Assembly (NCBI GenBank): GCA_964016885.1
Contig: OZ024740.1
Span: forward strand, 76,384,001 to 76,448,000
Direction: 5' to 3'
Length of the DNA: 64,000 nt
Origin: Eledone cirrhosa
Lineage: Eukaryota
In this document: piece after piece, positions 14,880-29,552 of the stretch
Layout: each line of letters opens with the position of its first letter
Position numbering within the stretch: position 1 is the stretch's first letter
Position numbers and translations under genes: made by a program
Notes under the pieces: model-generated
What the model was told of the DNA's origin: nothing
Databases searched by the model: none
The model's input: the letters and a program-made list of their open reading frames with translations, nothing else

Positions 14880-15690
14880 CAGAGAAGTTCACAGCTAAAC
14901 ACATGACCTCAATATACCTGATGCACCAGAGCTCATTGATCTCAGATAATACAAAGATGAACATATTGATAGCGGACTAAATAAGAATGATGAAAAACGT
15001 ATCCCGCATGTGCGATCCTACAGAATTAGAAAGACATATACAGCACTTCATCCGTCGTATGCAGTTCTCCGGATACAATCAAAGAGACAGGAACACGGTA
15101 TACAAAGGTACCAAGGCACAATTTAAAACCATCATAGAGAACGACGCGATAAGATTTGCCCGCTATAGATGAACAAATCGTGGAAGAGTATAGAAAGAAC
15201 GAATAAGAAGATAAAGAAGGTCAACTTAGCTACGACAGCAAAAAAATACCAGATTGTAATGTTCGTTGACGCTAAACCTAGAGACTATCTAACGTAAAGA
15301 TTTAGGAGAGTCTTAGATAAATTTAACTTAAGAAAATCCAGCAACTTCCATAAAATCCCCGATCAGTAGAACCTACCGTTTTAAGAAACCACCCTGTATT
15401 GATAGAAACTGTATAGAGTGTAACATAAGCAGATAAACTACAACACTGGGAATGCAGTCTATAGTATAAGGTGCTATGAGGGAAACAAGACAACGATGTA
15501 TATAGGAGAAAAGATGAAGGAGGAATAGCGAGAACTCATAAAGAAAAAAATAGAACATAGAAGTAAAAATCCTATCCACACGTAGAACAGACAGACGGCT
15601 CAGATAAATTAAGGAGGCCACATATAAAATAGAGAGTAAATCAAGCCTCAATAGGTAGCAAGAATGGAATATTAACAACCGTAACAATCT
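14880..15690 (+). mobile_element. Degraded Penelope-like element: RT thumb, linker and GIY-YIG endonuclease
   Basis: Broken frames read KHMTSIYLMHQSSLISDNTKMNILIAD*IRMMKNVS...RMQFSGYNQRDR, KYQIVMFVDAKP, KKPPCIDRNCIEC, MYIGEK, and IEVKILS...RLR*IKEA...SLNR*QEWN. Confidence 0.72.
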
Positions 15691-15886
15691 CACACCATAA
15701 TCTAAAACTGAGGACAGAATAGAATACATATGAAAGAAAATGCATGGGTGGACACAATCAGAGAAATAAAGAAATGGAGATGCAAACCTACGCCCGACCG
15801 TTCCCCCACCACACACACATATACCAAACACAAAGGCATATAGACGACTACACGTAAAGACTCACAAACCACAAAAGGCTCAGGCG

Positions 15887-16185
15887 TCTTCTTCTTCTTC
15901 TTCTTCTTCTTCTTCTTCTTCTTCTTCTTCTTCTTCTTCTTCTTCTTCTTCTTCTTCTTCTTCTTCTTCTTCTTCTTCTTCTTCTTCTTCTTCTACTTCT
16001 TCGCCCACTCATTCCTGAGAAAACGTGGAAACAAAGTCCTCAAACATTCCTTCCAGCGGGTCCTGTCAGAACCAATCGTCTCCAATTGATCCAGCTGGAT
16101 CCTCAAATGAGACCAGCGTAGCTTTTGGATGTTATCCAACCCTCTTGTTCTGGGTCTACCCCCGGGTCTCCTGCCGACTGAAAAA
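15887..16185 (-). mobile_element. RTE-like LINE 3' end with (GAA)n tail
   Basis: GRRPGGRPRTRGLDNI...DRTRWK C-terminal motif followed directly by (GAA)n. Confidence 0.7.
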
Positions 16186-16631
16186 AAAAATGCTAAAGCT
16201 ATAGACATCTTTTCAGATCATTTCAGATCTTTTAATATATTGAGCTTTTAAAAACATTACTACCAAGCAATTTCCCACTAATATTGATAACAATTGGTAA
16301 CTTTAAAATTGGCACCTATAAAAATCTCTTTAAGCACCTGAGATTATGTTTGCCAAAACATAACCCATTCGAAAGAGTGATAAATATATATTATATAATA
16401 TATAGTAAATAAATTGTCAAAAGTAATTAGAAATAAACTAATTTACATATATCAGAGAGATGCAAACAAAGTTACTAAACTGTTCGTATTTCATCGGAGG
16501 CATATTCAGTAGTGAGGCTTGATCTATCGTGTACCTGTATCGTTCTTTTAAAGTATTTATAATATAACTGCTACCAAACGAATTAATAATATTAAAACCA
16601 AAGTGAAAATCAACTAGTGCGTGTGGTTTTA

Positions 16632-16791
16632 TTGGCATAACGCACCAGAGTACTCAATACTTAGGGTAGTAGAGTGGGTAATAGGAACAAGTATGACCCC
16701 GACGGCAGAGCTCAATCCGTTTCGACGGCTATTTCTATAAATAGTCGTCGAAACGGCTTGAGCTCTGCTGTCGGGGTCATACTTTTTCCTA
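16632..16791. mobile_element. Family P fold-back element
   Basis: Arms around the loop atttctataaat; short arm ends ttttccta at a TA tract. Confidence 0.82.
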
Positions 16792-16900
16792 TATATATAT
16801 ATACATATATAGAGAAGAAGTTTATGAAATGGAAATGCGGGTATAAAGAATTTATATATATATATACACATATATATATATATACACATATATATATATG

Positions 16901-16982
<82 letters not shown>

Positions 16983-17004
16983 TATATGTATATAGATATA
17001 TATA

Positions 17005-17238
<234 letters not shown>

Positions 17239-17396
17239 ACCCAGAAAAAAGAGAGAAAAATAAAAAGGAAAAACCCAGAAAAAAATAAAAAGGAAAAACC
17301 CAGAAAAAAGAGAAAAAATAAAAAGGAAAAAAAAAAAATTTTTCTTCTAAATAATCGTCTTTTTCTCCCTGTTTTCATATATATATATATATATAT

Positions 17397-17582
17397 AACG
17401 AAGGAAATGTGGTAAGGAACCAGGTGGACCATAACGCACCAAAGTACTCAATACTTGAGGTAGTAGAGTGGGTAATAGGAACCAGTAAGACCCGACAGCT
17501 GAGCTCAAGCCGTTTCGACGGAATTAGCCGTCGAATTAGCCGTCGAAACGGCTTGAGCTCAGCTGTCGGGGTCTTACTGGTT

Positions 17583-17618
<36 letters not shown>

Positions 17619-17784
17619 AAAAAGTATGACCCCGACAGCAGAGCTCAAGCCGTTTCGACGGTTATTTCTAGAAATAGCCGTCGAAACGGATTGAGCTCTG
17701 CCGTCGGAGTCATACTTTTTCCTATTACCCACTCTACTACCCTAAGTATTGACTACTCTGGTTCCTTACCACAATTCCTTCGTT
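17397..17784. mobile_element. Two family P fold-back elements in opposite orientation (17397-17586, 17615-17784)
   Basis: Each is palindromic around gtttcgacgg...ccgtcgaaac, with a short TA tract between them. Repeated at 21993-22380. Confidence 0.85.
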
Positions 17785-17808
17785 ATGTATTTATATATAT
17801 ATATATAA

Positions 17809-17920
<112 letters not shown>

Positions 17921-18186
17921 TGATAATATATACATATATTTATGTTTTTAATATCCAATTGAGTTCTTCACACGTGGTTAGAATTCCTAACAGGGTTCAA
18001 TGACATACGTGTATATTATTTTATGTTTTACGATGACCCCCCCCCCCTTACCATTTGGGGACAGTGTGAAATTTCTTTTTGAAGGACTGCTGGACTTTCA
18101 AACTTAGCAGTCCTTCTAGCACTGACGGAGACCATCGCTGAATATTAATATCAATGTAGTTTTTTTATATTGATATTGCCTGGGCA

Positions 18187-18308
18187 TCCACTGATGAGTT
18201 ATAAGAGCCCACCTACGTGGATATCTATGGATTATATGCAAGCTTCTACATAACTTGGACATTATTTTCCCACCTTGTAGAAATCTTATAACGAAACGAT
18301 CGTATGGA
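18187..18308 (+). ncRNA. Type-I hammerhead ribozyme with a 77-nt stem-II insertion
   Basis: tcca-CTGATGA-gttataaga[77 nt]tcttataac-GAAA-CGATCG-TA-tgga; palindromic stem III, GUA site. Confidence 0.82.
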
Positions 18309-18488
18309 AAGAGAGATTTATTTAATTATGTCTCATATAATATAATACAGCCAACTATCCATGAAATACAATATAGTTAGCACCCCAAACGTATAATTGG
18401 CATTATACTCTGGTATATCCTAATGTTTGTTGAGTGAGATGGGAGTTGGTCGGAGTATCGCTAAAAGCTTTCTCTGTTAATGTATTAA

Positions 18489-18587
<99 letters not shown>

Positions 18588-18679
18588 AAACGTTAAGACT
18601 CTCTTCCTGCTATTTCAAGCGTTAACCTAATATATTCCTTCCATATACTGTATCGATTGTGTTGTTATTTCTGTTTATC

Positions 18680-18774
<95 letters not shown>

Positions 18775-19334
18775 AGTTATTTTGATCAGCTAATTGTATA
18801 ACTGGTGGTTCTGGTAGGCAAACCATGATGCAATGAACTACTGAAGCACTCGACGTTATGGACGTCAACCATCGTAGATGTGATATTCAGTGGTTGGCGC
18901 AGGAAACGGAGTAAAATATTTAAAACGACACCAGAAGGCTGTATAGGAAGATACGCTGTAAATTTTAATTCCGTGAAATCACTGAACATATTTCAATGAC
19001 CCATCATCCATTTATGATGCAAGACAGGACAGTCTCTTCAGGTAACATTAACAGAATTATAAAACAGGGTTACGTACAACCCAAACTTATCGTGAAAGAT
19101 AGGAAAAAGAGAATAGCAAGTTGAAAAATTGAAAAGTGAAAAATGAAAATTTGACTTGGAGATCGCCTGCAAAAAGTGTGTTGTATTGATAATAACTCCA
19201 TATATGTGTGTTTGTATGTGTGTATGTATGTGTGTATTCTTATTTACAAAAGTTGATATAATAGTTCTTAGGTTTATATAGTTTGTTTATGTACTGTAAA
19301 AATGTCGACCACTGTGCATTGCTGGTGCTGTATT

Positions 19335-20713
19335 TTATCGACCAAGTAAAGATGAAAGGCAAAGCTAACCCTGGCGGGATTTAAACTGTGAAGGGCCTTA
19401 ACAATATGCTGCAAAGCATATTGTCTGACGCTCTACCGATTCTGCCAACCCACCGTAATAATAGTTTCTTATATATGCACAAGGCCATCAATTTTTGGGG
19501 AGGCGACAGTGGATTAAATCGACCCCGCAAGGATGAAAGACAAAGTGAACCTCGGCGGGATTTGAACTCAGAACGTAAATGGCCATAACTCTATGATGCA
19601 AAGCATGGTGTCTGACACTGGAGCAGAGGATAATGAGGGTTATAATGATGATGATGATGATGATGCTGATGGTGGCGTTGGTGATGATAATGGTGATAGT
19701 GAGGATGATAGTGGTGATGATGATTATGGCGAGGAGAAGGTGGAAGGACACTTTCCTCGAGAACAACGTATGAGTATAAAGGTGCTCCAACTGCTGAGCG
19801 AGCAACTGCACTTATAAAATTAGTGTGCAAAGTTGAATCAACTTGATACAGTGTGACAAACGATACCTTTCAATAACATCCGACGAGCTTCTATGCTGTT
19901 CTGTATGTATAAATATATTATAATATAATATAATTGTTTCTACTTTTGACACATGGCCAGCAATTATCCCAGTGTATTACTGGTACTTTATTTTATCGAC
20001 CCCGTAAGGATGAAAGGCAAAGTTAACCTCGGTGGTATTTGAACTCAGACCATAAAGGGCCGTAACTCTTTGCTGCAAAGCATGGCGTCCGACCCTCTAC
20101 CGAATATAATATAATATAATATAATATATTGGATCATCAAGTATGAAATTTGTAGTGAGGCATATGAAGCTTTGTTTTTCTCTACAAATTTCATACTTGA
20201 TGACTCAATAGTATAATATAATATAATATATTATGATATATATTATATTATAATATGATATAATATATTATAATATATTATAATATATTATAATATATTA
20301 TAATATATTATAATATATTATATTATAATATAATATAATTGTTTCTACTTTTGGCACAAGGCCAGCAATTACACAGCACATTACTGGTACTTTATTTTAT
20401 CGACCCCGTAAGGATGAAAGGCAAAGTTGACCTCGGTGGGATTTGAACTCAGAATGGAAAGGGCCATAACTCTATGCGCCAAAGCATGACGTCCGACCCT
20501 CTACCGATACTGCCAATCCATATAATATAATATAATTGTTTCTACGTTTGGCACAATGCCAGCAAATACCCAGTGTATTACTGGTACTTTATTTTATCGA
20601 CCCCCGTAAGCAAAGTTAACCTCGGCGGGATTTGAAATTAGATCATAAAGGGACGTAACTCCATGCTTCAAAGCATGGTGTCCGACTCTCTACCGATACT
20701 GCCAATCCACCGC
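19335..20713 (-). mobile_element. Cluster of five tRNA-SINE copies (~19335-19455, 19460-19615, 19930-20103, 20335-20520, 20533-20713)
   Basis: Repeated gaaaggcaaagt(t)aacctcgg...gatttgaactcag in the same orientation, the last three separated by (ATAAT)n; duplicated at ~23960-25338. Confidence 0.85.
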
Positions 20714-21163
20714 ATATAATATAATATATTATGATATAATATATTATAATATTATATAATATATTATAATGTAATATAATATAAATTAATTAAAGCACTC
20801 AACATCATGCAACTCATCCATCGTAGATGTAGTATCCTGTGGTAACGGATTAAAGTATTCATTAAAACAATATAAGAAGGCCGGACTGGAAAATTTCTTT
20901 AGCATAATACCATATTGGGAGGTTATCAAATCTTTTATTTTCTATCTTCTATGTTTTTTTCTAACTCCTATCTTCTATTCTATAGTTGGCTTCAACGTAA
21001 TACCGTTACATAATTCAGCAAAAAAAACCCTCATGAAATCGCTTCGTCTTGCATCATAATTAAATGTTGGAGCTGGGCCATCGAAATATGCATAGTGCAT
21101 TCGTGGAATTAAAATTTCGAAGTAAATTAAATTTTCCAGCCTAGCCATCTGTTGTTATATATT

Positions 21164-21243
<80 letters not shown>

Positions 21244-21301
21244 AATATATTTGCTTAAACTTTAATCTTTTATTTTAATAAATATATATATATATATATA
21301 T

Positions 21302-21790
21302 AAAGAAAAAGAGATGAAATCGAAAATGCAACTGAAGTCTTATTTTTTTTAAAAATATATATATTTATTTGGTTCCTTTACCGGTTTCGCAGTTCTTCTG
21401 CTTTTCAAAAGGTGAGTTGAGATGGAGGGTCTGTGGTTTTTCTCACATCTGTGAAAGTGAGTTTTTTTTTAACAAAATGAAAAATAACACGAGTGAGAGT
21501 ATAAGGAAAAAGGATGAAATCGAAAATGCAACTGGAGCATTTTTTTTTTTTATATATATATTTATTTGGTTCCTTTACCGGTTTCGCAGTTCTTCTGCTT
21601 TTCAAAAGTAGAGTTGAGATGGAGGGTCTGTGGTTTTTCTCAGCACAGATGTGAGAAAAACCACAGACCCTCCATCTCAACTCAACTTTTGAAAAGCAGA
21701 AGAACTGCGAAACCGGTAAAGGAACCAAATAAATATATATATATTTTAAAAAAAATAGACTCGAATTGCATTTTCGATTTAATCTTTTTT

Positions 21791-21794
<4 letters not shown>
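21302..21794. mobile_element. Family R multi-fold-back element
   Basis: Two direct arms and one inverted arm of ggttcctttaccggtttcgcagttcttctgcttttcaaaag...tttttctca; duplicated at 25927-26418. Confidence 0.85.
21375..21412 (-). ncRNA. Minimal hammerhead with U3-A8 core variant (also 21571-21608 minus and 21686-21721 plus)
   Basis: cctt-TTGAAAA-gcag aagaa ctgc-GAAA-CCGG-TA-aagg. Confidence 0.62.
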
Positions 21795-21859
<65 letters not shown>

Positions 21860-22178
21860 TATACATACATATATATCTATATCTATGTATATATTCATAT
21901 ATATATACATACATATATATCTATATCTATGTATATATTCATATATATATACATACATATATATATATATGTGTATATATATATATATATATAACGAAGG
22001 AAATGTGGTAAGGAACCAGGTGGACCATAACGCACCAAAGTACTCAATACTTGAGGTAGTAGAGTGGGTAATAGGAACCAGTAAGACCCGACAGCTGAGC
22101 TCAAGCCGTTTCGACGGAATTAGCCGTCGAATTAGCCGTCGAAACGGCTTGAGCTCAGCTGTCGGGGTCTTACTGGTT

Positions 22179-22214
<36 letters not shown>

Positions 22215-22404
22215 AAAAAGTATGACCCCGACAGCAGAGCTCAAGCCGTTTCGACGGTTATTTCTAGAAATAGCCGTCGAAACGGATTGAGCTCTGCCGT
22301 CGGAGTCATACTTTTTCCTATTACCCACTCTACTACCCTAAGTATTGACTACTCTGGTTCCTTACCACAATTCCTTCGTTATGTATTTATATATATATAT
22401 ATAA

Positions 22405-22516
<112 letters not shown>

Positions 22517-22783
22517 TGATAATATATACATATATTTATGTTTTTAATATCCAATTGAGTTCTTCACACGTGGTTAGAATTCCTAACAGGGTTCAATGAC
22601 ATACGTGTATATTATTTTATGTTTTACGATGACCCCCCCCCCCCTTACCATTTGGGGACAGTGTGAAATTTCTTTTTGAAGGACTGCTGGACTTTCAAAC
22701 TTAGCAGTCCTTCTAGCACTGACGGAGACCATCGCTGAATATTAATATCAATGTAGTTTTTTTATATTGATATTGCCTGGGCA

Positions 22784-22905
22784 TCCACTGATGAGTTATA
22801 AGAGCCCACCTACGTGGATATCTATGGATTATATGCAAGCTTCTACATAACTTGGACATTATTTTCCCACCTTGTAGAAATCTTATAACGAAACGATCGT
22901 ATGGA
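22784..22905 (+). ncRNA. Duplicated copy of the 18187 hammerhead
   Basis: Same sequence in the second unit of the 4.6-kb duplication. Confidence 0.82.
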
Positions 22906-23085
22906 AAGAGAGATTTATTTAATTATGTCTCATATAATATAATACAGCCAACTATCCATGAAATACAATATAGTTAGCACCCCAAACGTATAATTGGCAT
23001 TATACTCTGGTATATCCTAATGTTTGTTGAGTGAGATGGGAGTTGGTCGGAGTATCGCTAAAAGCTTTCTCTGTTAATGTATTAA

Positions 23086-23202
<117 letters not shown>

Positions 23203-23294
23203 AAACGTTAAGACTCTCTTCCTGCTATTTCAAGCGTTAACCTAATATATTCCTTCCATATACTGTATCGATTGTGTTGTTATTTCTGTTTATC

Positions 23295-23399
<105 letters not shown>

Positions 23400-25788
23400 A
23401 GTTATTTTGATCAGCTAATTGTATAACTGGTGGTTCTGGTAGGCAAACCATGATGCAATGAACTACTGAAGCACTCGACGTTATGGACGTCAACCATCGT
23501 AGATGTGATATTCAGTGGTTGGCGCAGGAAACGGAGTAAAATATTTAAAACGACACCAGAAGGCTGTATAGGAAGATACGCTGTAAATTTTAATTCCGTG
23601 AAATCACTGAACATATTTCAATGACCCATCATCCATTTATGATGCAAGACAGGACAGTCTCTTCAGGTAACATTAACAGAATTATAAAACAGGGTTACGT
23701 ACAACCCAAACTTATCGTGAAAGATAGGAAAAAGAGAATAGCAAGTTGAAAAATTGAAAAGTGAAAAATGAAAATTTGACTTGGAGATCGCCTGCAAAAA
23801 GTGTGTTGTATTGATAATAACTCCATATATGTGTGTTTGTATGTGTGTATGTATGTGTGTATTCTTATTTACAAAAGTTGATATAATAGTTCTTAGGTTT
23901 ATATAGTTTGTTTATGTACTGTAAAAATGTCGACCACTGTGCATTGCTGGTGCTGTATTTTATCGACCAAGTAAAGATGAAAGGCAAAGCTAACCCTGGC
24001 GGGATTTAAACTGTGAAGGGCCTTAACAATATGCTGCAAAGCATATTGTCTGACGCTCTACCGATTCTGCCAACCCACCGTAATAATAGTTTCTTATATA
24101 TGCACAAGGCCATCAATTTTTGGGGAGGCGACAGTGGATTAAATCGACCCCGCAAGGATGAAAGACAAAGTGAACCTCGGCGGGATTTGAACTCAGAACG
24201 TAAATGGCCATAACTCTATGATGCAAAGCATGGTGTCTGACACTGGAGCAGAGGATAATGAGGGTTATAATGATGATGATGATGATGATGCTGATGGTGG
24301 CGTTGGTGATGATAATGGTGATAGTGAGGATGATAGTGGTGATGATGATTATGGCGAGGAGAAGGTGGAAGGACACTTTCCTCGAGAACAACGTATGAGT
24401 ATAAAGGTGCTCCAACTGCTGAGCGAGCAACTGCACTTATAAAATTAGTGTGCAAAGTTGAATCAACTTGATACAGTGTGACAAACGATACCTTTCAATA
24501 ACATCCGACGAGCTTCTATGCTGTTCTGTATGTATAAATATATTATAATATAATATAATTGTTTCTACTTTTGACACATGGCCAGCAATTATCCCAGTGT
24601 ATTACTGGTACTTTATTTTATCGACCCCGTAAGGATGAAAGGCAAAGTTAACCTCGGTGGTATTTGAACTCAGACCATAAAGGGCCGTAACTCTTTGCTG
24701 CAAAGCATGGCGTCCGACCCTCTACCGAATATAATATAATATAATATAATATATTGGATCATCAAGTATGAAATTTGTAGTGAGGCATATGAAGCTTTGT
24801 TTTTCTCTACAAATTTCATACTTGATGACTCAATAGTATAATATAATATAATATATTATGATATATATTATATTATAATATGATATAATATATTATAATA
24901 TATTATAATATATTATAATATATTATAATATATTATAATATATTATATTATAATATAATATAATTGTTTCTACTTTTGGCACAAGGCCAGCAATTACACA
25001 GCACATTACTGGTACTTTATTTTATCGACCCCGTAAGGATGAAAGGCAAAGTTGACCTCGGTGGGATTTGAACTCAGAATGGAAAGGGCCATAACTCTAT
25101 GCGCCAAAGCATGACGTCCGACCCTCTACCGATACTGCCAATCCATATAATATAATATAATTGTTTCTACGTTTGGCACAATGCCAGCAAATACCCAGTG
25201 TATTACTGGTACTTTATTTTATCGACCCCCGTAAGCAAAGTTAACCTCGGCGGGATTTGAAATTAGATCATAAAGGGACGTAACTCCATGCTTCAAAGCA
25301 TGGTGTCCGACTCTCTACCGATACTGCCAATCCACCGCATATAATATAATATATTATGATATAATATATTATAATATTATATAATATATTATAATGTAAT
25401 ATAATATAAATTAATTAAAGCACTCAACATCATGCAACTCATCCATCGTAGATGTAGTATCCTGTGGTAACGGATTAAAGTATTCATTAAAACAATATAA
25501 GAAGGCCGGACTGGAAAATTTCTTTAGCATAATACCATATTGGGAGGTTATCAAATCTTTTATTTTCTATCTTCTATGTTTTTTTCTAACTCCTATCTTC
25601 TATTCTATAGTTGGCTTCAACGTAATACCGTTACATAATTCAGCAAAAAAAACCCTCATGAAATCGCTTCGTCTTGCATCATAATTAAATGTTGGAGCTG
25701 GGCCATCGAAATATGCATAGTGCATTCGTGGAATTAAAATTTCGAAGTAAATTAAATTTTCCAGCCTAGCCATCTGTTGTTATATATT

Positions 25789-25868
<80 letters not shown>

Positions 25869-26414
25869 AATATATTTGCTTAAACTTTAATCTTTTATTT
25901 TAATAAATATATATATATATATATATAAAGAAAAAGAGATGAAATCGAAAATGCAACTGAAGTCTTATTTTTTTTAAAAATATATATATTTATTTGGTTC
26001 CTTTACCGGTTTCGCAGTTCTTCTGCTTTTCAAAAGGTGAGTTGAGATGGAGGGTCTGTGGTTTTTCTCACATCTGTGAAAGTGAGTTTTTTTTTAACAA
26101 AATGAAAAATAACACGAGTGAGAGTATAAGGAAAAAGGATGAAATCGAAAATGCAACTGGAGCATTTTTTTTTTTATATATATATTTATTTGGTTCCTTT
26201 ACCGGTTTCGCAGTTCTTCTGCTTTTCAAAAGTAGAGTTGAGATGGAGGGTCTGTGGTTTTTCTCAGCACAGATGTGAGAAAAACCACAGACCCTCCATC
26301 TCAACTCAACTTTTGAAAAGCAGAAGAACTGCGAAACCGGTAAAGGAACCAAATAAATATATATATATTTTAAAAAAAATAGACTCGAATTGCATTTTCG
26401 ATTTAATCTTTTTT

Positions 26415-26485
<71 letters not shown>

Positions 26486-26711
26486 TATACATACATATAT
26501 ATCTATATCTATGTATATATTCATATATATATACATACATATATATCTATATCTATGTATATATTCATATATATATACATACATATATATATATATGTGT
26601 ATATATATATATATATATAACGAAGGAAATGTGGTAAGGAACCAGGTGGACCATAACGCACCAAAGTACTCAATACTTAGGGTAGTAGAGTGGGTAATAG
26701 GAACCATGGTT

Positions 26712-26769
<58 letters not shown>

Positions 26770-27269
26770 ACTCTCAGCAAGCGTGAAGCTAATAACACTA
26801 CTATTGACTCCTGCATTTGTTTGTCCTTTTGAACTACATATATATATATGTATGCATGTGTGTATATATATATATATGACGGAGAAATCAAAACATTTAA
26901 TTACAAGATTTAATTCTTACACTATGTTTCGTCTTCAAGTACATTTATGATAGAGCAGGTAGACATATATATATGTATATATACTACAGTAGCCTCGATT
27001 TACTGTCGTACGGATGGAACTTTTCCTCTTTAAAGACGATAATTTTTCTCTGAAGAGTGCATCTCTTCTTTGCTTTCTCCTTCATTTATTTTTTATTATA
27101 TCCGCTCTACTTACCGTCTGCATTTAACTCGCCTTAAATATCAACACTACTATAATATCTAACATTGCATCTCCAAGCATCGAGCCCGCTTTGCTCCGAC
27201 TATAGGCATGTAATATATTATATCAGGGTTCTTTCTCTTCTATTCTTATGATATATGCCTCTTACTTTG

Positions 27270-27309
<40 letters not shown>

Positions 27310-27315
<6 letters not shown>

Positions 27316-27493
27316 AAAGCTTGTATTGAGTTAGAAACTCAAAATAGTCTCATTACAGTAAATTAGCTCTAGGAAAAAGGCTTTTCCGAGCCGTATATAA
27401 CTGAACAAAGGCTCGGAAAAGCCTTTTGCCTAGAGCTAATTTACTGTAATGAGACTATTTTGAGTTTCTAACCCAATACAAGCTTTTGATATA
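27310..27493. repeat. ~83-bp-arm fold-back at the end of a TA-flanked element
   Basis: atatcaaaagcttgtattgag...ttttccgagcc, loop gtatataactgaacaaa, ggctcggaaaa...caagcttttgatat. Confidence 0.85.
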
Positions 27494-27925
27494 TTCGGCT
27501 CCGTTAATTCGTAGAGCTATTTCAAATATCGTGTAGACCCGGCTTCTATTTTTAGTAGCGTAAGTCTACGCGACACGCTAAGTTCGGGAACCATGTGCGT
27601 TATATATACACACACTTTCCAGTTTTCTATTTGATTTAGAAGTAGAAGTGGGGAGTATACTAATTTCAACACCCACTGATAAGCCTGGAATTTGGTATTT
27701 CTTTTCACAAATAATATTGCGAAACGGTTATATCAAAGACCGTCTGGGTGATGGTAGTTACCACAATACTGGTTTTTATTTATTTTTCTTAATTTGTTCT
27801 TAAATTGAGTCCAGCAAACCCTATTGTCTGTAGTTAGTATTTTTTTCACTTTAGCCATTTTGGTCCATTACGATTTGAACACACATATATATATGTCTGT
27901 GTTCGTTTTTTTCCTTTTTGTTCAG

Positions 27926-27977
<52 letters not shown>

Positions 27978-28102
27978 ATATACATATGTATACATATATA
28001 TATATATATGTATATATATATGTATATATATATGTATATATATATATGTATATATATTTATGTATATATATATATATGTATTTATATATATGTATATATA
28101 TG

Positions 28103-28260
28103 CATGGACACACTGGAAGAGGAAGACCGAGATTGAGATATGTTGTTGCCCTAAGGACAGACACTCGTCTCTTGGGAACGCAGGACATGGCAGCGAAGAT
28201 GAGGGACATAGACCGCTGGGGAGAACTCGTCCATGAATCTCGGGAATTTTACCCGCAGTA
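28103..28260 (+). mobile_element. RTE-like LINE 3' fragment
   Basis: [10 protein letters not shown]...[12 protein letters not shown]-terminal motif, then a stop and microsatellite. Confidence 0.65.
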
Positions 28261-28280
28261 GATACATATATATATGTATG

Positions 28281-28339
<59 letters not shown>

Positions 28340-29077
28340 TTATATAAAAGAAATAGGATTTCGCTTCAAGCATAGCTTTATACAATATGTATAAATATTT
28401 CGTATCTCCAAAGAAATACGGTTTTAGGAAGCCGTAGCTATGTAAACAGCGGGGGGAATACTTATATATATGAAAACAGGGAGAAAAAGATGATTATTAG
28501 AAAGAAAAATATTTTTTTTTCCTTCTTGATTTTTTCTCTCTTTTTTTCTGGGTTAGAAAATGATTAAAACGAAATATTTTACTTTGTGTGAAGTGTTAAG
28601 GTATTAGTTGATTTATTTATTATTTAACAATGGCATTTATTTATTTATTTATATATTTAATAATTGTCTATTACTGGTTTCAGCATTTTTATGCATTATC
28701 AAATGATAATAATATGTATTGGTGTAGAATGGTGGTGTTGGACATGTTAAAGAAATGGTGAAGAAAGAATAATGTTATTTACAAACAAGGTTTATGAAGT
28801 GAAAATAAAAAAGAAAAAACCGGGCGTAATGTGGAGCATAATAAGGCAATATGAAAGAAAATATAATATTATTTACAGGCATAGTTCTTGAAGATAAGCA
28901 TATCAAAATGTGTTAATATATCAAGAGTGTTTAGTTGATCCACGATGGAGGCAAATGGTGGACTGGGGTTTGATATGATTTCCCTTTTTAGAGAGTTAAT
29001 ATGCAGGGGGAGCTAATTCAGGGTGGGAGAGAAATGGTAGATTGTATTTAATTTATTTAAGAAAAAGGATTAGGTAG

Positions 29078-29135
<58 letters not shown>

Positions 29136-29171
29136 AATATACACGGGTCTGTATGATTGTGTATAGAAGAT

Positions 29172-29552
29172 TATATTAATAAAAGGAATTCCAACTTTGT
29201 CTGATTTACTCGTTTTATTTACAATCCTTTAAAATATATAATGGTATTATAATGAAATAGTATGGTAGAATATTAAATTCTAAGTGTTAATTGAACAAGT
29301 ACTTTCATGCTTTCGCAATCTTCAGGTTCATAATATGTGGTGACAGTCAAGTTTGCAATTTTCAACGGTGAAAATTGCAAACTTGACTGTCACCACACAT
29401 TATGAACCTGAAGATTGCGAAAGCATGAAATTACTTGTTCAATGAACACTTAACATTTAATATTCTACCATACTATTTCTTTCTAATACCATTATAATTT
29501 TAAAGGATTGTGAATAAAATGAGTAAATCAGACAAAGTTGGAATTCCTTTTA

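Noticed and set aside
19593-19817. Asp/Gly-rich ORF (and its His-rich antisense ORF)
   Set aside because: Degenerate (GAT/GGT)n repeat fused to a SINE.
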